This document shows, one piece after another, positions 28,294 through 37,693 of a stretch of DNA of 64,000 nt. Origin of the DNA: an uncultured Acidobacteriota bacterium (lineage in GTDB: Bacteria > Acidobacteriota > Vicinamibacteria > Fen-336); assembly GCA_963720545.1 (NCBI GenBank), contig OY970399.1, positions 96,001 through 160,000 of the forward strand, in the 5' to 3' direction. Under the pieces are notes generated by a model that had not been told where the DNA came from, searched no databases, and worked only from the letters and a program-made list of their open reading frames with translations. The number at the start of each line of letters is the position of its first letter. The stretch's first letter is position 1. Made by a program: the position numbers and the translations under genes.

Positions 28294-30993
28294 CTAAAAG
28301 TTGACGCGCACGCCGAGCTGCACCTGGCGCGGGCGGAAGCCCGGCAGGGTCTGCACCGGGTTGCCGAAGTTCGGCGACGCCATGTTGTCCTCGTAGAAGC
28401 CGCGGCTTGGATGGTTGAAGAGGTTGAACGCCTCGACCACCGCCTCCAGAGAAACGCGACCGGCCGGAAACGCCTTGGCAAGCCTCGTGTCGAGCGCCCA
28501 GTTGGAGGCGCCGCGGCGCGAGTTCCTTGCGACACCGGCGGGCCGGTCGTTCACGACCACGTCCTGGTTGTCGTCCGTGCCCGTGATCGTATTGAACGGC
28601 ACTCCGGAGAAGAAGCGGCCCGAGACGCCGAACTTGAAGCCGAGCGGCAGGTCGAGGTTGGCGCTGCCGGCGAACGTGTGGCGCGCATCGTTGTTGGCCG
28701 GGCCGTACTCGTCCTCGATGCGGCGGCTGTCCACCGGCTGGAACTGGTGGCCCTCGGTGTCGCGCTTGGTGTCGGAGAGCGTATACGCAAGCCCCAGCGA
28801 GTACTTGCCGGAATAGCGCTTCTCGATGCCCACCTGCAGCGCCTTGTAGTTCGAGCGTCCGCGGCTCTCGATCGTCTCGACCTGGCTGAAGTTCGGGTCG
28901 GGACGCTCCGAACCGTTGACGCTGTAGTTCTCGTCGATCAGCAGCAGCAGGTTGCGTCCGCGCGCGTGCACGAGGTCCACCGACACCGCGAGGTCGCGGT
29001 GCAGCTCGTGCTTCACGCCGATGCTGAGGGTGCGGTTCGACGGCGTGTCGAGGCCGCCCTCCTGGAAGTGGTAGACGGTTGGCGGTGGATTGGGGATGGG
29101 GATGCCGGGCCCGCCCACGCGCGGATCGGGATAGCCGGGGAAGAGCAGGGTGGTGGTCTCGATCGTGCCGCCGAGCAGCACGCCAAGCAGCGGCACGTTC
29201 AGGAACACCTGGTCGTAGTAGATGCCGAAGCCGCCGCGCACCGAGGTCTTGCCCTTGCCGTTCGGGTCCCAGGCGAAGTGCAGGCGCGGCGCGAAGTTGT
29301 TCTTGTCGCCCTTCACGGCGATGTGGTCCTCGTAGTCCCAGCGCAGGCCGAGGTTGAGCGTGAGCCGCGGCGACACCCGCCACTGGTCCTGGAGGAAGAA
29401 CGCGTAGAGGTTGTTGTCGATGTCGAAGTTCGGATCGCCCGAGCTCTCCTGGTAGATGAAGGGGTAGGTGTCGGGGTCGGCGGCGTTGAAGGGACTGTCG
29501 GTGTTGAAGATGAACAGGCCATCGAAGTTCTGCGGCACCGCGCCCGAGATGCTGAGGACGCTGAAGTCGACGCCCGCCTTGAAGTAGTGATCGCCGCCCT
29601 TGTCGGGCACCGCGAAGCTTAGAGTGTCGAGGAACTGCAGCCGGTCCTCGGTGAACGTCTGCGGCTGGTTGGGCAGCTTGCCGGAGATGACGCTGGGCCG
29701 CAGCAGGATGGGGCACCCGTCGCAGGTCGGCTGCAGGTCGTTCACCTGGCGCGCGAACTGGAAGCGAGCGTCGTTCACCACCCGCGGTGAGGCTGTCCAG
29801 GTGTGCGACAACGCGAAGTCGTAGTTCTTGGCGAGCGTGTTGAAGAAGCTGTCGCTCGCGAAGTTGCCGCCCCCCGTCTGGTTCTCCTCGGTGCGGCGGT
29901 CGAGGCGGTAACGCAGGCTCAGCGTCTGGGTGTCGCTCGGATGGTGGTCGAGCTTGGCGAGCACCAGCGGGTTGCGCACCGGGTTTTCGTAGGTGCCCTG
30001 CGTGTCGAGGCCGAGGCTCGAGAGGATGCCGGGGTCCACCGAGACGACCGTCGAGGCGTCGCGGAATGTGTGGTCGTAGGAGAGGAAGAAGAACGTCTTG
30101 TCCTTGCGCAGCGGGCCGCCCAGCGTGAGGCCGAAGATCTTCTGCGAAAACGGTGCTTTCTCTTTCTCGCCGGTGACCGAGTCGGGCTGCACGTATGGGT
30201 CGTTCGCCGACAGCTCGTCGGCCCGGTAGTAGCCATAGGCCCGGCCGCGCAGCTGGTTGGTGCCCGAGCGCGTGAGCGCGTTGACGATGGCGCCCGACGC
30301 CTGGCCGAACTCGGCGTCGAACTGGCTGGAGATCACCTGGAACTCGGCGACCGCGTCGAGTGCAAACTGCCCGCGGGTGTCGGAGAGCGAGTCGGCGTCG
30401 TTGCTGAGCCCGTCGATGAGGAAGGTGTTGTTGGCGCCGTTGCCGCCCGAGGCGGTCACGGTGACGGTCGTCTGGTCGCTGCTCGGCCCGCTGCCGTCGA
30501 GGATTCCCGGGGTGAGGAAGACGAGGTTGGCGAAGCTGCGGTCGGCGACCGCGAGCTCGTCGATCTGGCGGGTGGTGAAGGTGGACCCGAGCGCGCTGCG
30601 CGTCGCTTCCACGATCGGCGCGTCGCCTTCGACCGTCACCGTCTCCTCGCGCGGGCTCACCTCCAGGCGAAAGTCGAGGCCGGCCTCCTGGCCGATGCGC
30701 AGCGTGACGCCGGTGCGCACCGAGGTTACGAACCCGGCGAGCGCCGCGGTGATCTGGTAGCGGCCGGCGGCAAGCGCCGGCAGCCGGTAGTTGCCCCTCG
30801 CGTCGCTGCGGGCGCTGCGTTCGATTGCGGTGTCGGTGTTGCGCGCGGTGACCGCCGCACCGGGGATGGCGGCGCCGGACGCGTCCTGGACGCGGCCCTG
30901 GATCTCGGCCGTCGTGACCTGCGCCTGCGATACCGGTGCGGCGCCGGCGAAGAACAGCGCGACGACGACGACACGCGAGCCGTTTATGCCCAT
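28294..30993 (-). CDS. Oar-like TonB-dependent receptor
   Basis: GRVQDASGAAIPGA, AVAEFQV..FDAEFGQASG; C-terminal RQVQLGVRVNF; AAGGAG before ATG 30993. Confidence 0.92.
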   Translation of the reverse strand: MGINGSRVVVVALFFAGAAPVSQAQVTTAEIQGRVQDASGAAIPGAAVTARNTDTAIERSARSDARGNYRLPALAAGRYQITAALAGFVTSVRTGVTLRIGQEAGLDFRLEVSPREETVTVEGDAPIVEATRSALGSTFTTRQIDELAVADRSFANLVFLTPGILDGSGPSSDQTTVTVTASGGNGANNTFLIDGLSNDADSLSDTRGQFALDAVAEFQVISSQFDAEFGQASGAIVNALTRSGTNQLRGRAYGYYRADELSANDPYVQPDSVTGEKEKAPFSQKIFGLTLGGPLRKDKTFFFLSYDHTFRDASTVVSVDPGILSSLGLDTQGTYENPVRNPLVLAKLDHHPSDTQTLSLRYRLDRRTEENQTGGGNFASDSFFNTLAKNYDFALSHTWTASPRVVNDARFQFARQVNDLQPTCDGCPILLRPSVISGKLPNQPQTFTEDRLQFLDTLSFAVPDKGGDHYFKAGVDFSVLSISGAVPQNFDGLFIFNTDSPFNAADPDTYPFIYQESSGDPNFDIDNNLYAFFLQDQWRVSPRLTLNLGLRWDYEDHIAVKGDKNNFAPRLHFAWDPNGKGKTSVRGGFGIYYDQVFLNVPLLGVLLGGTIETTTLLFPGYPDPRVGGPGIPIPNPPPTVYHFQEGGLDTPSNRTLSIGVKHELHRDLAVSVDLVHARGRNLLLLIDENYSVNGSERPDPNFSQVETIESRGRSNYKALQVGIEKRYSGKYSLGLAYTLSDTKRDTEGHQFQPVDSRRIEDEYGPANNDARHTFAGSANLDLPLGFKFGVSGRFFSGVPFNTITGTDDNQDVVVNDRPAGVARNSRRGASNWALDTRLAKAFPAGRVSLEAVVEAFNLFNHPSRGFYEDNMASPNFGNPVQTLPGFRPRQVQLGVRVNF

Positions 30994-31100
30994 GGGGACA
31001 GTCTCCTTGCCGGCGTATATACACCGCGTGTTGCGTTGACGCAAGATTGCGCAGCAACTGCTGCGTGGGCGGCGGGTGCTAGCATCGCTGGCTCCTGACC

Positions 31101-32027
31101 ATGGCCCGGCAGACCGCCAGCGCGCGCCAGCGCCCCGCCCAGGGCGAGCGCACCGAGATCGAGAACCGCCTCAGCCGCGCCGCCGCCCTCACGCCGCGCC
31201 GCCAGCGGCTGATGCTCGCGATCCTCGAGAACCCCGACGACACCTTCTATCTTTCGGCACGGGCTTTGGCGCGCCGCTACCGCGTGGACGTCGCCACCAT
31301 CGTGCGCACGGTGCAGGCGCTCGGCTACCGCCGCTACGCCGACTTCGCGACGGACCTGCGCCAGCACTTCGTGGCACGGGTGACGCCTTACGGCATCCTG
31401 GAGGCGGCGTCGCGCGAGAAGCGCAGCCTCGCCGACCATGCCGCGCACAGCGTCTCGCGCGACGTGCGCGGCCTGGCCGCGCTGCAGAGCCGCTTTCGCG
31501 CGGAGGACGCCGTGGCCCTGGGGCGCCGCATCCACCGGGCGAAACGCACGGTCATCGTCGGCGTCGACCTTGCGTGCCCGCTCGCGATGTTCTTCGCCTA
31601 TGGGCTCACGGGCATCGGTGTCGACGCCGAGGCGCCGGTGGGCGGCGCCGGCACCATTGCGCACCGCATCCGCCTGCTCGGCCGCGGCGACGTGGTGGTG
31701 GCCGTCAGCTTCGGGCGCTGCCTGAAGATCACGGTGGACGCCGCCGAGCTGGCGCGGCGCCGTGCGGTGCACACCTTCGGCATCACCGACAGCGACCTGA
31801 CGCCGCTGGCGCGGCAATGCGACGCGTATGCCGTCACCCCGATCCTCAGCTCGACGTTCACCGGCTCGTACGCGGCGCCGCTGGCGTTCATCAACGCCGT
31901 GATCGCCGTCTGTTCGCAAATCGACCCGCGGCGTTCGGCCCTGGTGCTGCGCCAGCGCGAGCAGGAAGCGATGCTCGCGGCCCGCTGGTCGGCGCCGGCC
32001 GCACGCGAAACCCCGCGCCAGTCCTGA
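31101..32027 (+). CDS. MurR/RpiR family transcriptional regulator
   Basis: HTH (ATIVRTVQALGY) plus SIS domain (ITDSDLTPLA). Confidence 0.9.
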   Translation: MARQTASARQRPAQGERTEIENRLSRAAALTPRRQRLMLAILENPDDTFYLSARALARRYRVDVATIVRTVQALGYRRYADFATDLRQHFVARVTPYGILEAASREKRSLADHAAHSVSRDVRGLAALQSRFRAEDAVALGRRIHRAKRTVIVGVDLACPLAMFFAYGLTGIGVDAEAPVGGAGTIAHRIRLLGRGDVVVAVSFGRCLKITVDAAELARRRAVHTFGITDSDLTPLARQCDAYAVTPILSSTFTGSYAAPLAFINAVIAVCSQIDPRRSALVLRQREQEAMLAARWSAPAARETPRQS

Positions 32028-32094
32028 TCCGGAACCCCGTGATAACGTCTGGTCAGCGCAGGATTCGTGGACAAGCGGCGGCGCTGCTGCGATC

Positions 32095-32171
32095 GCGCCC
32101 GTAGCTCAACTGGATAGAGCAGGAGCATCCTAAGCTCAAGGTTGGGGGTTCAAGTCCCTCCGGGCGCACCA
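32095..32171 (+). tRNA. tRNA-Arg (anticodon CCT)
   Basis: GCGCCCG/CGGGCGC acceptor stem, D-loop with A20, anticodon loop ATCCTAA, GGTTCAAGTCC T-arm, encoded CCA. Confidence 0.93.
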
Positions 32172-32217
32172 CCATCGTTTCGCAAGACCAGGGCGGCAAG
32201 GGGCAAGGCAGGGACCA

Positions 32218-32934
32218 GTGGACAAGGAACTGAAGAAGCAGATCAAGGAAGACGAATTCCGCTCGGGCCTCGAGCACGCCTGGGACTATGCACGCAAGAA
32301 CCGCGCGACCGTGCAGACGGCCGGCCTGGCGATTTTCGTCGCCGTCGCCGGCCTCTGGGCGTTCTCGTCCTGGCGCGCGAGCCGCGTCGCCCAGTCGGAA
32401 GCCGAACTGCAGTCCGCACTCACGATCTTCGAGGCTCCCGTCGGCGCGCCGCCCGCCGGCGAAGCGCCCACGGGCCCGACGTATGCGACCGAGCAGGACA
32501 AGATGACCAGGGCGCTCGCCGCTTTCGAGGGCGTCGAGAAGCGCTTCGGTTCGACGCAGGCCGGCCACCGCGCCCGCTACTTCGCCGCTCTCAGCCAGCT
32601 GCAGCTCGGCCGGCGTGACGAGGCCGTAAAGACTCTCGAGGAAATCGCGGCCCGGCGCGGCGACGACATGCTGCAGTCGACGCTGGCGCGTCTGGCGCTC
32701 GCCTCGAGCTATGTGTCGGCGGGCGAGACCGACAAGGGCATAGACGCCTACCGCAAGCTCGCCGACGAGCCGGCCCTGCCGATCGCCAAGGACTACGTGC
32801 TCATGGAACTGGGCGGCGCCCTCGAGCGCGCCGGCCGCCTCGACGAGGCGCGCAGCGTTTTCAAGCGGGTGATGGACGAGTTCCCGTCGGGCAGCCAGGC
32901 CGCGCAGGCGGCGCAGCGCCACCAGGCGCTCTAG
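32218..32934 (+). CDS. Membrane-anchored TPR protein (YfgM-like)
   Basis: KELKKQIKEDEF, one transmembrane helix, TPRs. Confidence 0.82.
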   Translation: MDKELKKQIKEDEFRSGLEHAWDYARKNRATVQTAGLAIFVAVAGLWAFSSWRASRVAQSEAELQSALTIFEAPVGAPPAGEAPTGPTYATEQDKMTRALAAFEGVEKRFGSTQAGHRARYFAALSQLQLGRRDEAVKTLEEIAARRGDDMLQSTLARLALASSYVSAGETDKGIDAYRKLADEPALPIAKDYVLMELGGALERAGRLDEARSVFKRVMDEFPSGSQAAQAAQRHQAL

Positions 32935-34665
32935 ATGAAGAAGCGCACGGCGTGGGTGCTGGTCGCGATGGTCGCGGCGGTGGCGATCGGTGCCGCGGCC
33001 GTGGGCGGCGCCGTGCTGCTCTTCTCCGGGCGGTTGTCGCAGGCCTCCTGGCACCGCAGTCCTGGCGCCGCCAGCAGTGGCCGCCAGACGCTCTACCTCG
33101 ACCTCGACGGGCCGCTGCCCGAGCGGAGGCTCACCGACATCGGCAACCTGCTCGAGCGGCGGCCGCCGACGCTGCGCACCATCGTCGACAGCCTGGAGCG
33201 TGCGGCGCGCGATCCCGACGTCGATCGCGCCGTGCTGCGCATCAACTTCCTGCCGGATGCCGGCTGGGCGCGAGTGCAGGAGATCCGCGCGGCGGTGCTC
33301 CGCTTCCGCAAGTCGGGCAAGAAGACGACCGCCTATCTCGAGAGCGGCGGCAACCTCGAGTACTACCTCGCGACCGCGTGCGACGAGATCGACGCGCTGC
33401 CGTCCGCGATCCTGGTGATCAACGGGCTCAGCTCCGAGGTGACGTTCCTGCGCGGCACCCTCGACCTGCTCGGCGTGCAGGCGCAGTTCGAAGGCGTCGG
33501 CCGCTACAAGAACGCACCGAACCAGTTCATCGAAAAAGGTTTCACCGCGCCGCACCGCGAGCAGATGGAGGCGCTCCTCGACAGCGTTTTCGCCCAGTAT
33601 GTCGACGCCATCGCCGCGGCGCGCAAGAAGACTCCGGCTGAAGTGCGCGACATGCTCGACCGCGGGCCGTACGACGGCAACAGCGCCAGGGCTGCGGGGC
33701 TCGTGGACAACATCAATTACGACGACCAGCTCGACGGCAGCAACGAGCGCCTCAGCCCCGGACGCTACGTGAAGCGCGCCAGCTCGTCCTTCTTCGATTC
33801 GCGGCCCAAGGTGGCGCTCATCTACGCCATCGGCGAGATCGTGAGCGGCGAGAGCCAGTCGGGCGCCTTCGGCGCGGAGGTCGCGGGCTCGAAGACGATC
33901 GTCGCGGCGTTGCGCGAGGCCCGCTTCGACTCGTCGTACCGCGCGGTGCTGGTGCGCATCGACAGCCCCGGCGGTTCGGGCGCCGCCTCCGACATGATGT
34001 GGCGCGAAATGAAGCTCGCGAGCCAGGCGAAGCCGGTGATCGTTTCGATGGGCGACGTCGCGGCTTCCGGCGGCTACTACCTCGCGATGGGCGGCACCGG
34101 CATCGTGGCCCAGCCCGGCACCATCACCGGCTCGATAGGCGTCTTCAGCGGCAAGTTCTCGCTGCGCGGCCTCTACGACAAGATCGGGGTCTCGAAGGAG
34201 ATCATCGACCGCGGCCGCTTCGCCAGCATCTTCACCGAGTACCGGCCGTGGAGCGAGGCCGAGCGCCAGCAAGTGCGCGACATGAACGTCGCCTTTTACA
34301 AGGACTTCGTGACCCGGGTTGCAGAGGCGCGCGGCAAGACCTGGGAACAGGTCGACGCCGTCGCCGAAGGCCGGATCTGGTCGGGCACCGAGGCGCGCGA
34401 ACATGGCCTCGTGGACCGGCTGGGCGGCATCGACACGGCGCTCGACTGGGCGAAGGAGAAGGCCGGCATCGCCGCCGGCACTGCGGTGCAGCTGGTGGTG
34501 CTGCCGGCGGAGCGCGGCGTGTTCGAGACGATCTGGGCGAACCAGGAAGAGACCACGGTGGATGCCGCGGTGCCTGCCAGCCTGCGCGCCAACCTGCGCT
34601 GGCTCGCGGCGATGAGCGACGCGCGGCAGCTGGCGCGCATGCCGTTCGACCTGCGCTTGCGCTAG
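32935..34665 (+). CDS. sppA: Signal peptide peptidase SppA (67K type)
   Basis: YYLATACD, RIDSPGGS, SMGDVAASGGYY, TGSIGV. Confidence 0.93.
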   Translation: MKKRTAWVLVAMVAAVAIGAAAVGGAVLLFSGRLSQASWHRSPGAASSGRQTLYLDLDGPLPERRLTDIGNLLERRPPTLRTIVDSLERAARDPDVDRAVLRINFLPDAGWARVQEIRAAVLRFRKSGKKTTAYLESGGNLEYYLATACDEIDALPSAILVINGLSSEVTFLRGTLDLLGVQAQFEGVGRYKNAPNQFIEKGFTAPHREQMEALLDSVFAQYVDAIAAARKKTPAEVRDMLDRGPYDGNSARAAGLVDNINYDDQLDGSNERLSPGRYVKRASSSFFDSRPKVALIYAIGEIVSGESQSGAFGAEVAGSKTIVAALREARFDSSYRAVLVRIDSPGGSGAASDMMWREMKLASQAKPVIVSMGDVAASGGYYLAMGGTGIVAQPGTITGSIGVFSGKFSLRGLYDKIGVSKEIIDRGRFASIFTEYRPWSEAERQQVRDMNVAFYKDFVTRVAEARGKTWEQVDAVAEGRIWSGTEAREHGLVDRLGGIDTALDWAKEKAGIAAGTAVQLVVLPAERGVFETIWANQEETTVDAAVPASLRANLRWLAAMSDARQLARMPFDLRLR

Positions 34666-36320
34666 TTCGTGCCGGTTTCCTGGCGCGCCCGCGCCAGCCA
34701 CGCCGAACGCACCGTGCCGAAGTCGCGGCCGTAGACGCGGGTGAAGGCGTCGTCCACGTTGCCGCTCGCGGCCATCGCCGCCAGCACCTCGTTGATGCCG
34801 CCCTGGCCGCGCTGCCCATAAAGATACTCGGCGAGCGACAGCGCCTGCAGGTAGAAGGCGCCGACCGTCTCGATGCGCGCGGTGGCGGCCGCGCGGCGTG
34901 CCGAGCCGCCGTAAGCGGTGGAGCGCTTGCCCTCGAGATACTGCGCGACCCCTTCATGAAGCTCGCGGGGCGCCAGGCCGCGGCTGCGGTCGGCGATGAA
35001 GGCGTGCGCCAGCTCGTGCAGCAGCGTCGCGTCCAGGTCCGGATCGAGGCGCTCGGTGAGGCCCGCGATCGGCACGCGGATGCGGCCGTCGAAGCCGTCG
35101 AAGTTGCCGCCCGACCACGCCGGTGCGCCGGCAGCGGTGTAGTAGGCGCGGCTCGAGAACAGGATCACCGGGATGGTCGCGGCCGGCGCCTCGCCGAAGG
35201 TGCGCGTCAGCGTGGCATGGTGGCGCTCGAGGAGGCGCAGCACCTCGCGGCCGACCGCGTCGTGCGCCGCGCCGTCGTAGCGCACATGGAAGTGGGAAAG
35301 GCGCTGCTCGGTCATGCCGCGCTCGTCCTGGCTTTCCTTGTTCAGCCGCGCCAGCAGCGCCCGCATGGCGGCGTTCTCGGCCAGGTCCTGCGCCGTCGTC
35401 GCCGCGTCGCGCGCTTCGCCGTTGCGGTCCTGGCGGAACAGGGCATATGCGAGCAGGCGCCAGCCGTCGGCCGAGGCGCGGTCGCGCTGCACCACGTCGT
35501 TTGCGACCCGCTCGGCGTCCTGCCAACGGCCGGTTTGCAGGTACAAGGCCGCGAGCGCCAGCTGTGGCGCCGTCGTTTGCACGCTCGATTGCGCCTCGAG
35601 CTGCACGGCCTCCTGCAGCCGCGCCTCCGCTTCGTCGAATCGCCGCGCCGCCTGGGCGCTGCGGCCGGCGGCGAGGAGAGCGGCCAGCTGTTCGGATGCG
35701 GGCGGTGCTGTGGGCGCGAGTGTCGGCAGCGGCGGTGGCGGGAGCTGGCTGTCGTCCGCGGCGGGCACGTCTGTGGCTACCGGCGCCGCGGAGTCGCTGC
35801 TGTCAGCCGACGGCGGCGCATTGGCCTCCGTTCCGGCACCGGTGTCGGCTAACGTGGCGGCAGCCGGCGCGGGCGCCTTCTTGAGCGCCGGAACCAGGAC
35901 GGATGCGCTCCAATACCCGGCCAGCACGGCGATCAGGCCGATGACCCACGGCCGCGGGTCGAACGAAAGCGGCGCCACCCGCCGCATGACCTCGCGCAGC
36001 GAGGCGGTGATCGGTGGTTTTACCCTGCGGGCCGAAACCGAGACGACAGGCAGCGGCGGGTCGGAGAGGGACCGAGCCGCGGGCGCAGGCGGCTGCGGCC
36101 CGGGCGCGGCCTGCTGAGCGAGAGGCCTGGGCGCAGCCTTCGTCGCCGGGACCGGGCGTTCGGGCCGCTCGGGATGAGGCTGGCGCGCCGGGCGTGCCGG
36201 CCGGTTGCCGCCGCGCCGCGGACGACGCTGCCCGGGGCTGTGGAGCCTGGCGAAGATCACGCCGCACTTCGGACAAGACGGGGCGCCGTTGTGGAAAGCG
36301 CCGCATTTCGGGCACGTCAT
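34662..36320 (-). CDS. Zn-ribbon / transmembrane / TPR / HExxH (peptidase MA-like) multidomain protein
   Basis: CPKC..CPKC N-terminus, Pro-rich linker, TM (WVIGLIAVLAGYW), TPRs, LLHELAHAFI..LHEGVAQY. Confidence 0.8.
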   Translation of the reverse strand: MTCPKCGAFHNGAPSCPKCGVIFARLHSPGQRRPRRGGNRPARPARQPHPERPERPVPATKAAPRPLAQQAAPGPQPPAPAARSLSDPPLPVVSVSARRVKPPITASLREVMRRVAPLSFDPRPWVIGLIAVLAGYWSASVLVPALKKAPAPAAATLADTGAGTEANAPPSADSSDSAAPVATDVPAADDSQLPPPPLPTLAPTAPPASEQLAALLAAGRSAQAARRFDEAEARLQEAVQLEAQSSVQTTAPQLALAALYLQTGRWQDAERVANDVVQRDRASADGWRLLAYALFRQDRNGEARDAATTAQDLAENAAMRALLARLNKESQDERGMTEQRLSHFHVRYDGAAHDAVGREVLRLLERHHATLTRTFGEAPAATIPVILFSSRAYYTAAGAPAWSGGNFDGFDGRIRVPIAGLTERLDPDLDATLLHELAHAFIADRSRGLAPRELHEGVAQYLEGKRSTAYGGSARRAAATARIETVGAFYLQALSLAEYLYGQRGQGGINEVLAAMAASGNVDDAFTRVYGRDFGTVRSAWLARARQETGTN

Positions 36321-36357
36321 TGAGGGTCGATCCTAACCCTCTTCTAGAATGCCCCGC

Positions 36358-37095
36358 GTGACGGCGGACGCACCTCCCGGACAGCCCGGGCCCGAAGCGA
36401 CGGCGCCGCTGGTGATCCAACTGGTGGGGGCGGGGCCGAAGGCACTCTTCTATTGCCTCGACCGCCGCGTGTCGTCACGCACAAAACCCGCCCCTGCCGG
36501 CCCGCCGGGCGTTCACTGGTCGGGCCCGCAGCAGCTTGCGGCCTGGACCGCGGCACGCGTGCGGGGGGACCTGGTGGGGGAACTGGCACTGGGCGGCATC
36601 GAAGCCATGGCGGCGCAGGCGTCGTCGCTGGGCGGCGTCGTGGTCGTCGATGAGACCGGCGCCCACCCGGTGCGCGTCGACCCGGGCTGGGTCGAGGAGC
36701 GGGTCAGCGTGTACGACCTGACGCCCCTGGGGCTGGTGTCGGACAACGCCTCGGAGATCGATCCCCACGGCGTCGGCGACGGCGGCGAAGTGGCTGCGGC
36801 GCAGCGCGCGATGGAGAGCCGCGACCACGCCGCAGTGGGCCGCGCAATCGATGCCGACCGCACGCGCTCGCTCGCGGGGAACACCGGCGACTTCGGCGCC
36901 GTCGCGGCCGCGGCCGCGGCGGCCGGTGCCGCCTGGACGCTGCGCTCATCGGCAACCGGCGCAAGCCTCGTCGCCTGGACCGCGCCCGGTCTCGGCAAGA
37001 CGGATCCCGCCACGCTGCTCGCCGGCAGCCTGAAGGCACTCGGCGCGCGCTGGGTGCCGGCGCGGCTCGACCTGCTGGGATTGGAGGTCGAGTAA
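36358..37095 (+). CDS. Hypothetical protein; probable degenerate GHMP-kinase-fold protein
   Basis: Fills the gap before efp; C-terminal half resembles HddA-like GHMP kinases but catalytic Gly-rich motifs are absent. Start GTG 36358 or ATG 36349. Confidence 0.55.
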   Translation: MTADAPPGQPGPEATAPLVIQLVGAGPKALFYCLDRRVSSRTKPAPAGPPGVHWSGPQQLAAWTAARVRGDLVGELALGGIEAMAAQASSLGGVVVVDETGAHPVRVDPGWVEERVSVYDLTPLGLVSDNASEIDPHGVGDGGEVAAAQRAMESRDHAAVGRAIDADRTRSLAGNTGDFGAVAAAAAAAGAAWTLRSSATGASLVAWTAPGLGKTDPATLLAGSLKALGARWVPARLDLLGLEVE

Positions 37096-37107
37096 AATCG
37101 CAACTGC

Positions 37108-37668
37108 ATGATTCAAGCGACCCAGATGAAGCGCGGCATGTGCATCAAGCACGAGAACGACCTGTTCCGCGTGGTGGCCACACAGCACATCACCCCTGGC
37201 AACTGGCGCGGCATGGTGCAGGCCAAGATCCGCAACCTGCGCACCGGCTCCATCATCGAGCATCGCTTTCGCTCGGAAGACCGCATCGAGCGCGCCATCC
37301 TCGACGAGATCGAGATGGAGTACCTCTACCCCGAGGGCGACCTTTACTACTTCATGAACAACGACACGTTCGAGCAGATCGGGCTGTCGGCCGAGGTGCT
37401 GGGCGACGCGGTCAACTACCTGATCCCCAACATCAAGCTGCTGATCGAGTTCCACGACGACAAGCCGGTGGGGATCGAGATGCCGATGAGCGTGCTCATG
37501 AAGGTGATCGAAACCGAGCCCGCGATCAAGGGCGCATCGGTCTCGAACGTCGGCAAGCCGGCGAAGATGGAATCGGGCCTGGTGGTGAGCGTGCCGCCGT
37601 TCATCGCGGAAGGCGACACCATCAAGATCGAGACGGCCACCGGCACCTACCTGGAACGCGCGAAGTAG
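37108..37668 (+). CDS. efp: Translation elongation factor P (Asn at the modification site)
   Basis: TPGNWRG loop, [26 protein letters not shown]. Confidence 0.95.
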   Translation: MIQATQMKRGMCIKHENDLFRVVATQHITPGNWRGMVQAKIRNLRTGSIIEHRFRSEDRIERAILDEIEMEYLYPEGDLYYFMNNDTFEQIGLSAEVLGDAVNYLIPNIKLLIEFHDDKPVGIEMPMSVLMKVIETEPAIKGASVSNVGKPAKMESGLVVSVPPFIAEGDTIKIETATGTYLERAK

Positions 37669-37693
37669 CAAGGCGGCAAGGACCGCAAGCGCC

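Noticed and set aside
32095..32174. tRNA-Arg (and tRNA-Gly at 55626) as an island integration site; genomic CCACCA end
   Set aside because: No integrase and no duplicated tRNA 3' end seen in the window; the second CCA is most simply trailer sequence
32192..37681. GGCGGCAAGG recurring upstream of genes at 32192 and 37672
   Set aside because: Short and GC-rich, explained by chance or SD-like AAGG content
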